Below, one piece after another: positions 17,520-29,451 of a stretch of 64,000 nucleotides of DNA. A program made the position numbers and the translations under genes. The first letter of the stretch is position 1, and every line of letters starts with the position of its first letter. The notes below the pieces were generated by a model that worked only from the letters and a program-made list of their open reading frames with translations, searched no databases and was not told the DNA's origin. Source of the stretch: an uncultured Acidobacteriota bacterium (lineage in GTDB: Bacteria > Acidobacteriota > JAQAZP01); the NCBI GenBank assembly GCA_963836075.1, contig CAWIIB010000009.1, positions 1,984,001-2,048,000 of the forward strand, given 5' to 3'.

Positions 17520-17624
17520 TGTCATCGCGAGGCGTCGGTGTAGCCGACGACGCGGCGATCTCCTCGGATGTCTTTCCAATTCAATGAGATTGCTTCGTCG
17601 CCGTCTTCGACGGCTCCAATGACA
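17520..17624. repeat. GTCAT…ATGAC-type palindromic REP-like element
   Basis: TGTCATCGCGAG…GCGATCTC…GAGATTGCTTCG…CAATGACA nested inverted repeats; related ends at 47490-47600. Confidence 0.65.
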
Positions 17625-17631
17625 GAGGGGA

Positions 17632-18987
17632 TTACTCGCTGTCCTCTTCGATGTAGCCCAGGGAGCGGAGCCGTTCGAGGGTCTCCTCGTCGTGCTCCTC
17701 TTCCTCCAGCACCTTGCCGCCGGTGAGGTCCTTGATCCGCTGCAGCAGTTCCCGGGCCAGGGGTTCTTCCTCGCCGGCCAGGTCGAGGTCCTCCCCCTCA
17801 GCCAGGCGGTGCAGTCGGATGACTTCCCCCTGGTCGCTCTCGATGGCCATCAGTTTCCAGCCGTCGGCCACGATGCTCTTGGAGAGTACGGTCCGCCCCT
17901 GGACCCGCTTGCGCATCTCGGAGAAGGCGAAGCTGTCCGGCCGCTCCTCCCCATGGATCAGCGGCAGCATTGAGCCACCGTCCACGGTGCGTTCATTCTC
18001 GATCCCCAGCAACTGGAGCAGGGTGGGTAGCAGGTCCACCGACTGGGTCACCGACTCCACCCTCCGGCTGCCTGCCATACCGGGCACCCGCAGCAGCAGA
18101 GGCACCCGGGTTTCGGTGTCGAAAAGCCCCTTGTAGTGGCCGGTGTAGAAGGCGCTTTTTTCCTGCAGCAGGAAGTCCCGGCCGTCGTGATCGCCAAAGG
18201 CTTCGCCGTGGTCCGAGGTGATCACCACGATGGTCTCGTCAGCCAGGTCCAGTTCCTCCAGTTTGTCCAGCAGCATCCGCACCTTGCTGTCCACGAAACG
18301 GATCTCACCGTCGTAGAGCGCGGCCTGCCGCTCATTGCCCTTCAGCCCCTCGCTCCATAGGTCGTATTCATCGATGGGATTGTACTCCGCGTGGGGGTCC
18401 CAGTAGTGGACAAAGAGGAAGAACGGCTCCCTGGTGTTGCTGTCCAGCCACTGCAGGGCCGCGTTGGTGGTCTGGTAGAAGCCGGTGTCGTGCTTGTTGC
18501 GATACTGCCGTTCGTTGAACCGCTCGAAGTGCCCGAACACGGTTCCGAGGAATTTGACCATGTCGTTGCTGATAAAGGCCGCCGTGCGGTAACCCGCCTC
18601 CCGCAGCACCAGGGTCATCACCGGCGCGTCGGTCATCTCCCCCTCGGCGGCCAGGGAGATGGATTCGCCAAAGTTGTGGGGGTAGCGGCCGGTGAAGTTG
18701 GACCAGTGGGACCCGGGGGTGAAGGGGATCGAACAGTAGTGGTTCTCGAAGAGGACGCTTTCCGCAGCAAAGGCGTCGATGTTCGGCGAGGTCTCCCGCT
18801 CGTGCCCGTAACAGGATAGGTGATCGGCCCGCAGCGTGTCGATCATGATGAAGAGCAGGTTGGGCCGGGCCGGTTCCGGTTCGGCCTGACGGCAGGCTGT
18901 GGTGGCCAGGATTGTCCCGCTGAGGAAGAGGACGACCAGGGAGATGGCGAATGCGAGATGGCGGATATTGTGGAGTCTTGCACGCAT
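17632..18987 (-). CDS. Sulfatase-like (alkaline phosphatase superfamily) probable lipoprotein, Thr-type
   Basis: IDTLRADH, PFTPGSH, HYWDPH, TSDHGE and terminal LRSLGY; possible lipobox TTAC. Confidence 0.85.
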   Translation of the reverse strand: MRARLHNIRHLAFAISLVVLFLSGTILATTACRQAEPEPARPNLLFIMIDTLRADHLSCYGHERETSPNIDAFAAESVLFENHYCSIPFTPGSHWSNFTGRYPHNFGESISLAAEGEMTDAPVMTLVLREAGYRTAAFISNDMVKFLGTVFGHFERFNERQYRNKHDTGFYQTTNAALQWLDSNTREPFFLFVHYWDPHAEYNPIDEYDLWSEGLKGNERQAALYDGEIRFVDSKVRMLLDKLEELDLADETIVVITSDHGEAFGDHDGRDFLLQEKSAFYTGHYKGLFDTETRVPLLLRVPGMAGSRRVESVTQSVDLLPTLLQLLGIENERTVDGGSMLPLIHGEERPDSFAFSEMRKRVQGRTVLSKSIVADGWKLMAIESDQGEVIRLHRLAEGEDLDLAGEEEPLARELLQRIKDLTGGKVLEEEEHDEETLERLRSLGYIEEDSE

Positions 18988-19270
18988 TTTCTTTTTCGCT
19001 GGTGGCTCAGTGTTGTGGTCTGATTGGTCACAGCGTGGAACGGCATCTATTCTGGCAGGGCCCTGGCTTCTTGTCGAGGGTACTGTTTGGAGCTTCGACT
19101 GACCATTGCCCCGGTGGTGAAAAATCCATTCATCCGGTAGAATATCGGCATCAATCCGACTATACGTTGCCGTGTCTGATTCAACTGCTGGCGGTCATCT
19201 TTGTACCAAACGCCGTAACGGCGTTGATCTTTAGATCCGTGATGACCAGATCACACAAGGAGGGACGGAT

Positions 19271-19966
19271 ATGACCATGTCAAGGAAACTGACCGCCGAG
19301 TTCATCGGCACCTTCTGGCTCGTGCTGGGCGGGTGCGGCAGCGCCGTGCTGGCGGCGGCCTACCCTGAACTGGGAATCGGCTTTCTGGGGGTGGCGCTGG
19401 CCTTCGGGCTGACCGTGCTCACCATGGCCTTCGCCATCGGCCACATCTCCGGCTGCCACCTCAACCCTGCTGTCTCCATCGGCCTCTGGTCCGGCGGCCG
19501 GTTTGCGGCAAAGGATCTGGTGCCCTACATCATCGCCCAGGTGGCTGGCGGCATCGCCGGCGGCGCGGTGCTCTACATCATCGCTTCGGGAAGCGGCGCT
19601 TTCGACCTGGCCGGCGGTTTTGCCTCCAACGGCTATGGCGCCCACTCGCCCGGCGGGTACAGCCTGCTGTCGTGCCTGGTGGCCGAAGTGGTGCTGACCT
19701 TCATGTTCCTGCTGATCATCCTCGGCTCCACCGACGAACGGGCGCCGGCCGGCCTGGCCCCCGTTGCCATCGGCCTGGGGCTGACCCTGATCCACCTGAT
19801 CAGCATCCCGGTGACCAACACATCGGTGAACCCGGCCCGCAGCACCGGTGTGGCCGTCTTTGTCGGCGGCTGGGCCACGTCCCAGCTGTGGCTCTTCTGG
19901 GTGGCCCCGATTATCGGCGGTATCCTGGGCGGGATCGTCTACCGCTGGATGGGCAGCAACAAGTAG
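19271..19966 (+). CDS. aqpZ: Aquaporin Z
   Basis: [26 protein letters not shown] and TSVNPARS (two NPA motifs). Confidence 0.95.
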   Translation: MTMSRKLTAEFIGTFWLVLGGCGSAVLAAAYPELGIGFLGVALAFGLTVLTMAFAIGHISGCHLNPAVSIGLWSGGRFAAKDLVPYIIAQVAGGIAGGAVLYIIASGSGAFDLAGGFASNGYGAHSPGGYSLLSCLVAEVVLTFMFLLIILGSTDERAPAGLAPVAIGLGLTLIHLISIPVTNTSVNPARSTGVAVFVGGWATSQLWLFWVAPIIGGILGGIVYRWMGSNK

Positions 19967-20010
19967 CCGGCCGAGTTCCACGAACGAATCGACTGGAGTT
20001 TTTCACAACC

Positions 20011-21123
20011 ATGTTCAAAAACAATTACGGTGTCAATCACCACCGAACCCTGATCTGTTTGGCGTTCCTTGTTGTGGCACTCTGTTGCGCCGCCAACCCG
20101 GCCCTGGCCGCCGAGGAAGGCTGGCAGCCGCCGCCGCCCGAACCGGTCGCTTTTGACTGGGTCCAGCTGGTGTCCGGTGAGTGGCTCAAGGGAGAGATCA
20201 AATCCTTTGAAGACGATGTCCTTGAGTTCAAGAGCGACAAGCTTGGAGACCAGTCGCTGTCCTGGGACGACGTGGCCCAGGTGCGTTCCATGCGCGTCGT
20301 ACAGGTACTGCTTGCGGACGACCGCAGTTACGTGGGCCGGATCATTGTCGCAGATGGAGCCGTCCAGGTGCTCGGTGACCAGGGGCAGGAATTCGAACGA
20401 GCGGATTTGGTGAGGTTCATCGTCGGTGAGCCGAAGGAGATCAATTTCTGGTCCAGCACGATCAACCTGGGCGCCAATTTCCGCAAGGGCAACACCGATG
20501 CGGTTGATATCAACACCCAGATCAAGGTCCAACGGCGCTCGATCAAAAACCGCCTGATTTTCGACTACATCGGGAATTACAACGAGCTGGAGGGAGTCGA
20601 ATCGGGCGACAACCAGCGCCTGGCCGTCACGTGGCACCGGTTTCTCACTGCCCGGCTCTTCCTGATGCCCGTCTTTGGCGAATACTACCGGGACCCGTTC
20701 CAGAACATCGCTTTCCGTGGTTCCATCGGTACCGGCGTGGGGTATACGCTGGTGGACACGGCCAAAGTTGACTGGGATGTGTCGGGTGGTCCGGCATACC
20801 TGCGGACGGATTACGATGAGGTTGAGGAAGGCACCAGCGACTCGGAGAGCACAGCGGCCTTTGTGGGTAACACAGTGCTGACCGTGGAACTGGTCAAGTG
20901 GCTCGATTTCAACTACGACTACCGCTTTCAGATCGTCAACGAGGAAAACGGGACTTACAACCATCACATGGAGGCCGGCTTCAATACCGACCTGACCGGG
21001 CCGCTGAGCTTGAACACTTCCATAGTCTGGGACCGGATCCAGGATCCCCGCGCCAATGCTGACGGTGACGTTCCCGAGCAGGACGATTTCAAGCTGATCG
21101 TCGGCCTGGCCTTCGATTTCTAG
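20011..21123 (+). CDS. DUF481-like outer-membrane beta-barrel protein
   Basis: Signal-like segment; DWVQLVSGEWLKGEI N-domain; amphipathic beta strands; terminal Phe (GLAFDF). Confidence 0.8.
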   Translation: MFKNNYGVNHHRTLICLAFLVVALCCAANPALAAEEGWQPPPPEPVAFDWVQLVSGEWLKGEIKSFEDDVLEFKSDKLGDQSLSWDDVAQVRSMRVVQVLLADDRSYVGRIIVADGAVQVLGDQGQEFERADLVRFIVGEPKEINFWSSTINLGANFRKGNTDAVDINTQIKVQRRSIKNRLIFDYIGNYNELEGVESGDNQRLAVTWHRFLTARLFLMPVFGEYYRDPFQNIAFRGSIGTGVGYTLVDTAKVDWDVSGGPAYLRTDYDEVEEGTSDSESTAAFVGNTVLTVELVKWLDFNYDYRFQIVNEENGTYNHHMEAGFNTDLTGPLSLNTSIVWDRIQDPRANADGDVPEQDDFKLIVGLAFDF

Positions 21124-21144
21124 CGGTTCCCTCGGCAATTCCTG

Positions 21145-21178
21145 AAGCCCGTGGCAAGATCCCCTGTCACGGGCTTTT
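21145..21178 (+). terminator. Intrinsic terminator
   Basis: AAGCCCGTGGCA…TGTCACGGGCTTTT. Confidence 0.7.
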
Positions 21179-21368
21179 CCGTGGGATAGTCTATTGCTAC
21201 GGGTCGGCGTACCGAATCACTGCCGTTTACCAAGCCCACAGCATGGGCGGCCTGATCTCCCGTTCCACCGGGTTGCGGTCCGCCGGCAGAAAACCTATAT
21301 TGAACGTGATCAAAGCGGTTCCCGCCTGTGGTTTTATTAATCCTGGTTACGAGTCGGGGGTATCGGTC

Positions 21369-23249
21369 ATGAAACGGGATTCGGGTAATAGTGTTTTTTT
21401 CTTGGCCGTGGTCCTGTCAATTGTTGCGCTGCTCGGGCTTTCCACTGTTGCGACGGCCCTGGACACCATTGGCAGCGCCGGGGGCGGGCCGCTGGACGGC
21501 ATGCTCCAGGTGCAGGTGCTGCACGCCGGCACGGGCGCACCCTTTGCCGGGGCCTTCGTTATGGTGGGTGATGCCCCCGGATCCCCTTTTGCCGGCAACT
21601 GGGGCGTCACCTCGGCTTCCGGTGACATCACCTTTACCGACCCTGCCCTCCAGGGGCCGCTCACGGTGACCGCCGGGGCCGCGGGGCACCGCTATGTCAC
21701 CATGGTCCTCGCCGACGCCAGCCAGCTGGTGCTGGCCCTCGAGCCGGTGGCCTCCCTGACCTTCCTCTCCGAAGTGGGGGACTATGTGTCGGGGGTGGAC
21801 GTGGACAACGGGACCTTCAACTTCGGCGACGGAAACGTCGATGTGGCCTTTGTGCTGCGGGCCATGACCCTCGACGACATGATGTCCTTTGACATGGAGA
21901 ACATGTTCGGGCCGGAGGAGTTCATCGATATCCTGGGCCAGCCGTTCCCGGTGCCCTCCAACGTCTTCATCCCCCTGCAATACGAAACCTTCATCCCCAT
22001 CGTCAAGGACCACTACTACCTGTACCTGACCCCCGGGGACGCCACTCTGGCCGCGCTCTCCGGCCGGATGCCGCTGGCTGAGCTGGCGGCCGGCGGCGAG
22101 ATGGTCGACCTGCTGCCCCACATCCAGTGGCGGGAGATGGACGTGCTGGACATCACGGTGGCCGGCGACACCTCCGACGCCGACCTCACCGTCGACCCGG
22201 ACCTCAGCGCAACCGTGACCCTCAACCTGGACAACATTCCTGATGGTTGCACCGGGTTCGGGCTCTCCATCGGCGACCTGGATGGCCTGAACGGCCTGGG
22301 CCGCCTGGTCCCCCTGGGCATGAGTTCCATCGGCTGCCCTGACGGCAGCGGTCCCTGTTCGGGCACCCTGACCCTGACCACCGCCGCCGCCACCGGCGAG
22401 CTGGCCGGCATGGGCTATTTCCCGGCCGCCGCCGTGCAGGGTGACCTGACCAACGATGCGCTCTTTGTCATGGACCGCTCTTCCCACAGCCAGACCTACA
22501 CGGCCACCATCGATTCCTTTTACAACCGTCTCGACCTGGCCTACGGGGCGGGCGGGTTCGCCTGGAACGATGCGGAAAACGCCGCCACCGGCAGCCCGGT
22601 TGTGGACCTCCAGCTGGCCCTGATCTCCAACCCGTTGAACGACGAGGTCTACTGGGAGTTTTTGCTTCCCGGGGGAGCACTCTCCCTGACAATACCCCAG
22701 CTGCCGCCCGAGGCCCCGGCCGGCCTGGTACCGGGCACCGGCTACAACTGGGCTCACACCGCCCTGGGACTGGCCTACGACCTGGCGGTCTTCGACTACG
22801 GGGATTTCGCCTTCTCGGCCATCATTGCCCATGTCAGCCATCTGGCAACCAACAGCCTGGACATCACCTGGGACGCGGCCGGCACGGTCTCCGCGTCCCT
22901 GAGCTGCCTGCCGTCCTCCGGCACCGTTCCCTTTGCCACCGGCATGCAGGTCATGCTGACCAACCTGTACAGCGGCCAGAGCCGCCGGGTGGCCGGCCGC
23001 CTCGATGTCCTGCTGGCCGGCGGCGCCAATTACGGCAACTGGAGGGCCGGCTACACCAATCTCGGTCCGGGGGAAAGCTGGAGCGCTTCCTGGAACACCA
23101 CCATCCCGGCCCTGGGCAGCGTGATCGGTGAGAACAGTTTCACCCTGGTGGCGGTGGATGTGACGCCGTCCCCGTTCAACCAGCCGCCCTACCCGCCGGA
23201 CGGCGATTCGGACCAGGCGGTCTGTCTGGTCACCGGGGTTGCGCCCTGA
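21369..23249 (+). CDS. Secreted protein (carboxypeptidase-regulatory-like N-domain, unknown core) plus CTD-A
   Basis: Signal peptide after MKRDSG; VQV…TGAPFAGAFV…GVTSASG beta-sandwich pattern; terminal 120-aa CTD-A. Confidence 0.82.
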   Translation: MKRDSGNSVFFLAVVLSIVALLGLSTVATALDTIGSAGGGPLDGMLQVQVLHAGTGAPFAGAFVMVGDAPGSPFAGNWGVTSASGDITFTDPALQGPLTVTAGAAGHRYVTMVLADASQLVLALEPVASLTFLSEVGDYVSGVDVDNGTFNFGDGNVDVAFVLRAMTLDDMMSFDMENMFGPEEFIDILGQPFPVPSNVFIPLQYETFIPIVKDHYYLYLTPGDATLAALSGRMPLAELAAGGEMVDLLPHIQWREMDVLDITVAGDTSDADLTVDPDLSATVTLNLDNIPDGCTGFGLSIGDLDGLNGLGRLVPLGMSSIGCPDGSGPCSGTLTLTTAAATGELAGMGYFPAAAVQGDLTNDALFVMDRSSHSQTYTATIDSFYNRLDLAYGAGGFAWNDAENAATGSPVVDLQLALISNPLNDEVYWEFLLPGGALSLTIPQLPPEAPAGLVPGTGYNWAHTALGLAYDLAVFDYGDFAFSAIIAHVSHLATNSLDITWDAAGTVSASLSCLPSSGTVPFATGMQVMLTNLYSGQSRRVAGRLDVLLAGGANYGNWRAGYTNLGPGESWSASWNTTIPALGSVIGENSFTLVAVDVTPSPFNQPPYPPDGDSDQAVCLVTGVAP

Positions 23250-23464
23250 GGTGCAAGAATGGCCTGATCGCGCCATTCTGGCGTCGGAAAATATCCCGCC
23301 GGGCTCGCTATCGGCTGGTCCGTCAAGCCTTGTCAAATGGCACAGGTATTGCAATCTTCTTTAAACGTCGTGACCGGCGCGACCAGCGCCGGCGCGGGCT
23401 GCGCCGTAGCTGGCGGAAGGAGTCCCTCCCGCGAACGAGGGCGTCTTCAAAAAAGGAGATGGCC

Positions 23465-23929
23465 ATGTCATTCACCACAAAAATTGTCTTTCACAATGCA
23501 TCCCGGTCCCGGTCCGTCGAACGTTTCGTGCGCGACCGGGTGGAGAAACTGCCTCGTATTTATCGCAACATCCTCGGTTGCCAGGTCGTCATCGACGCGC
23601 CGCACCACCACCACCAGAAGGGAAACCACTACCGGGTCAGGCTTGCTCTCTACGTACCCGGCAGGGATCTGGTGGTGGGGCATGGCCACAAGGGCAGTGC
23701 AGCCCACGAGGACATCTATGCCGCCATCATCGATGCTTTTGCCGCACTGGAGTCGCAATTGACTACCTTTGTGGGCAAGCAGAGAGTTTCGACAACCCCG
23801 CATCGGCGGCATGGTTCCAGGGAATTGAGGCCAACACCTCTCGAATCAGATTCAGGGCAAGACTGGTATGGGTTCGAGTATGAGAATTTGATGGAGGTGA
23901 ACGATGCCGGCGAGTCGGCCATCGGCTAA
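23465..23929 (+). CDS. HPF/RaiA family ribosome-associated protein
   Basis: GCQVVIDAPHHHHQKGNHYRVRL..VPG and HEDIYAAIIDAF pattern; AAGGAG ribosome-binding site. Confidence 0.8.
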   Translation: MSFTTKIVFHNASRSRSVERFVRDRVEKLPRIYRNILGCQVVIDAPHHHHQKGNHYRVRLALYVPGRDLVVGHGHKGSAAHEDIYAAIIDAFAALESQLTTFVGKQRVSTTPHRRHGSRELRPTPLESDSGQDWYGFEYENLMEVNDAGESAIG

Positions 23930-23994
23930 GTTGGAAATCGACGGTCCTGCAATCGGGCTCCGGCACAGACGTGCCGGATCCCGGCGCCTTCCTC

Positions 23995-24399
23995 TCAACT
24001 TCCGAAGTAGACGATCTCGTGCGTGTGCTCCTTTGGTGTCCCGAGCACCAGGTAGCCGTCTTCACCATCGAGCCAGACCTCGGAGAGGAAGGTAATGCCG
24101 CCCACCCGGTCAAAGACCATCCGTGCAGCTGACTCGCCATGCGAGTGGGGGGCCAGCCGGGTGAGCACTGGCAGCCGGGCACATGTCGAACCGGCGGTGT
24201 CGTGCAGGTGGAGCTCCGACGGTTCTCCCGGCGAGCAGGAGACGGAGTAGCGCCCGGCAGGCAATGACTGCTCGCCGACGGTGAACTCGTGGGGAACCTT
24301 GACCATCATCCGCTCCTGATCGTCAGAGACGGCGGGCGAGGAGAGCATGAGAACAGGCAGACAGCACAGAATGATGAGCGCGAAGCCTTTTGTATTCAT
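23995..24399 (-). CDS. Small secreted hypothetical protein
   Basis: Signal peptide; VPHEFTVGEQSLPAGRY…FLSEVW pattern. Confidence 0.7.
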   Translation of the reverse strand: MNTKGFALIILCCLPVLMLSSPAVSDDQERMMVKVPHEFTVGEQSLPAGRYSVSCSPGEPSELHLHDTAGSTCARLPVLTRLAPHSHGESAARMVFDRVGGITFLSEVWLDGEDGYLVLGTPKEHTHEIVYFGS

Positions 24400-24566
24400 T
24401 GGTTGATCCTCCAACCCGACTATTGTTCGACTGTTCGACCGAAATTTGATCCACTGAGTATTATAGCATATAATCGATTAAATAAATAGATCATTGGCTC
24501 GGAAGGCGATCAGGCCAAACGATACGAAGAGATACGACCAGAGTTGCATCCCCCGGCTGACTCCGC

Positions 24567-26294
<1,728 letters not shown>

Positions 26295-26298
26295 CGCT

Positions 26299-28365
26299 CT
26301 ACTCGAACCAGCCGGCAGCCACGGTGGCCCCGTGGGTCCACCCGGCAGGGAAGGCCTCGAGGCTGAACCACTGGCTCACCGTCTCGGTGGCCGGGTCATA
26401 GGTGTAGACCTTCACCGGCGACCCCATGGAGGGGTCGGGGCCGCCGCCCACCACCAGCTCGTCGCCGCCGATGCCGTCGAGGTTGGCGTCGGCGTAGATC
26501 CGGGCGCCGTAGCGTGCTTCGCTGGCCGGCCAGGCAAAGAAGCTGTAGCCGGGAAGTTCCACCAGCTCGTCCCCGTCATAGTTCCAGCCCCGGACATGGG
26601 CGCCGAAAGCGGGGGAGGGGCCGGGCGAGGTGAGGATCTCGTCGATACCGTCGGCGTCCACATCGCCGGAGCCCACCATCACGCCGTAGCGCGGTGTTTC
26701 ATAGGCGAAGAAGCTGATCGCCGGGATGGCCGCCGCCGTCCCGCCGTCCACGTTCCAGCCGCGGACGTGGGGCCCGAATACGGCGCCCGGTCCGGCACCG
26801 GTGACGATCTCGTCGTAGCCATCGCCGTCGTAGTCGCCCGAGGTGACGTTGGTCCCCCATTTCAGCGTGCCGTAGGCGAAGTAGCTGACCCCGGGCACCG
26901 GGCTGATGCCGGGGCCGCCGTCGTAGTTGAAGGCCCGCACGTGGGGCCCGAAGACGGCGCCCGGTCCGGCGCCGGTGATGATCTCGTCGAAGCCGTCACC
27001 GTCCAGGTCGCCGCAGGCCACGTTGACCCCGTATTTCAGAGTGCCATAGGCGAAGTAACTCAGGCCGGGCAGCGGTGTGCCGTCGATCTCGAAGCCGCGC
27101 ACGTGGGGGCCGTACACGTCGCCGGGACCGGCGCCGGTGATCACCACGTCGTGGGTGCCGCCGTTGACCCGGCCGCAGGTGACGTTGACCCCGTAGTAGT
27201 CAGCGCCGTAGGCCGTGAACTCCTCCTCGAAGGCCGCCCCCTGCTCACAGGGGAAGGCCCGCACCACCGGCGGGTTGCTGTAGGCCGGTCCGGGGCCGGC
27301 CAGCACCAGACGGTTGGTGCTGGAGGCCGAGCGCTGGCGATACTCGATCAGCTGGGTCTGCATGACGTAGAACGGCGCCTGGCGGCTGCCCCACGCGCAT
27401 TCCGTGCAGGTCACTCCGTCCACGCAGTCGGGGTGGTCCGGATCGCAGATATTCTCGTAGGGCTCGAGGTTGTAGTCGAGGATTTCCGTTTCCCCGGGGA
27501 CTATGGACGGGGTGATGTCCACGATCCAGGGAAAGGCCTTGTCCCCCGGGCACCAGCCGTTGCGGCTGTAGGACCAGGTGCCGCCCTGGGGGCTGCAGGG
27601 GTTGTTGCGGCAGTCGTTGCGCCAGACATATTCCTGGTAGGCGTCCATATCGGCCACCACCTCGTGCCACTTCCAGGAGAACTCGGCCGCGTTGTCGGTG
27701 TTGCCGAAACCGTGACCGGTGATGTAGGTCCGCACGTGGGCCTCCACCGTTTCGGCGTCGATATCCGCGGCGATGGGCACCAGGTAATTTTCGGAGGGGT
27801 TGTCGAATTTGCCGTAGAGCAGGTGGTCATAGTTCCAGAGGTTGGTGATCTTGTACGGTTCCAGCTCGGTGATCCCGGGCATGAAGGCGAAGTCGCAGGT
27901 GATCAGCCAGCCCTGGCCGCCTCCGACCCAGGTATCGATGAAGAGCTGCAGTGTCACTTCGTCGTGGAGCAGGGTCTCGTAGTCGGAAAGGTCATACACC
28001 CAGGAGCAGGTGCCCGGCCGGGTGGCGCCGGTGATGTCGTAGGGGGTGACGAAACGCATGATCTCGAATTTTTCGTCGGTATCGGTCACCACCCGGATGT
28101 GAGCCAGCCGGTCCCAGGGGTCGCAGTCCCCCGGGGATTCGGGGCAGGCAATGGTCATGTAGCAGAGGATCTCGCCCCACTGGCCGCCTTCCGGAGGGAA
28201 GGTGAAGTCGGCGGTCACCGTCCGCGAGTCGATATCGACCAACTGCTGGTTGAAGGTGTTCACCCACACCGTGTCGCTGCGACTCTTCTCCTCCGCAGTT
28301 GCACCGGGCGCCGGAAACAGGATCGAGAGCACGGCCGCGGCCGCAAACCAATAACGGAGATTCAT
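26299..28365 (-). CDS. Peptide-N-glycosidase F-like protein plus CTD-B (paralog 2)
   Basis: Signal peptide; CDPWDR, RFVTPY, ITGHG, AEF and QGGTWSYSRNGWCPG motifs; GPGP/FG-GAP repeats. Confidence 0.85.
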   Translation of the reverse strand: MNLRYWFAAAAVLSILFPAPGATAEEKSRSDTVWVNTFNQQLVDIDSRTVTADFTFPPEGGQWGEILCYMTIACPESPGDCDPWDRLAHIRVVTDTDEKFEIMRFVTPYDITGATRPGTCSWVYDLSDYETLLHDEVTLQLFIDTWVGGGQGWLITCDFAFMPGITELEPYKITNLWNYDHLLYGKFDNPSENYLVPIAADIDAETVEAHVRTYITGHGFGNTDNAAEFSWKWHEVVADMDAYQEYVWRNDCRNNPCSPQGGTWSYSRNGWCPGDKAFPWIVDITPSIVPGETEILDYNLEPYENICDPDHPDCVDGVTCTECAWGSRQAPFYVMQTQLIEYRQRSASSTNRLVLAGPGPAYSNPPVVRAFPCEQGAAFEEEFTAYGADYYGVNVTCGRVNGGTHDVVITGAGPGDVYGPHVRGFEIDGTPLPGLSYFAYGTLKYGVNVACGDLDGDGFDEIITGAGPGAVFGPHVRAFNYDGGPGISPVPGVSYFAYGTLKWGTNVTSGDYDGDGYDEIVTGAGPGAVFGPHVRGWNVDGGTAAAIPAISFFAYETPRYGVMVGSGDVDADGIDEILTSPGPSPAFGAHVRGWNYDGDELVELPGYSFFAWPASEARYGARIYADANLDGIGGDELVVGGGPDPSMGSPVKVYTYDPATETVSQWFSLEAFPAGWTHGATVAAGWFE

Positions 28366-29451
28366 TGCCCTTACTCCTTCATGCGTTGATTGAAAACTAC
28401 TCAAACCAGCCGGCCGCCACGGTGGCCCCGTGGGTCCACCCGGCAGGGAAGGCCTCGAGGCTGAACCACTGGCTCACCGTCTCGGTGGCCGGGTCATAGG
28501 TGTAGACCTTCACCGGCGACCCCATGGAGGGGTCGGGGCCGCCGCCCACCACCAGCTCGTCGCCGCCGATGCCGTCGAGGTTGGCGTCGGCGTAGATCCG
28601 GGCACCGTAGCGTGCTTCGCTGGCCGGCCAGGCAAAGAAGCTGTAGCCGGGAAGTTCCACCAGCTCGTCCCCGTCATAGTTCCAGCCCCGGACATGGGCG
28701 CCGAAAGCGGGGGAGGGGCCGGGCGAGGTGAGGATCTCGTCGATACCGTCGGCGTCCACATCGCCGGAGCCCACCATCACGCCGTAGCGCGGTGTTTCAT
28801 AGGCGAAGAAGCTGATCGCCGGGATGGCCGCCGCCGTCCCGCCGTCCACGTTCCAGCCGCGGACGTGGGGCCCGAATACGGCGCCCGGTCCGGCACCGGT
28901 GACGATCTCGTCGTAGCCATCGCCGTCGTAGTCGCCCGAGGTGACGTTGGTCCCCCATTTCAGCGTGCCGTAGGCGAAGTAGCTGACCCCGGGCACCGGG
29001 TTGATGCCGGGGCCGCCGTCGTAGTTGAAGGCCCGCACGTGGGGCCCGAAGACGGCGCCCGGTCCGGCGCCGGTGATGATCTCGTCGAAGCCGTCACCGT
29101 CCAGGTCGCCGCAGGCCACGTTGACCCCGTATTTCAGGGTGCCGTAGGCGAAGTAACTCAGGCCGGGCAGCGGTGTGCCGTCGATCTCGAAGCCGCGCAC
29201 GTGGGGCCCGTACACGTCGCCGGGCCCTGCGCCGGTGATCACCACGTCGTGGGTGCCGCCGTTGACCCGGCCGCAGGTGACGTTGACCCCGTAGTAGTCA
29301 GCGCCGTAGGCCGTGAACTCCTCCTCGAAGGCCGCCCCCTGCTCACAGGGGAAGGCCCGCACCACCGGCGGGTTGCTGTAGGCCGGGCCGGGGCCGGCCA
29401 GCACCAGACGGTTGGTGTTGGAAGCCGAGCGCTGGCGATACTCGATCAGCT
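26299..29451. repeat. Near-identical direct repeat of about 1.05 kb (26299-27353 and 28397-29451; offset 2098)
   Basis: Line-by-line comparison shows only scattered substitutions across the CTD-B coding region. Confidence 0.9.

Noticed and set aside
23600-23620. His run (PHHHHQKG) in the HPF-like protein
   Set aside because: A His/Arg-rich loop is usual in this HPF subfamily; not evidence of a new function.
26299-29451. Diversity-generating retroelement TR/VR pair
   Set aside because: No reverse transcriptase is in the window, both copies are coding, and the differences are not adenine-specific.
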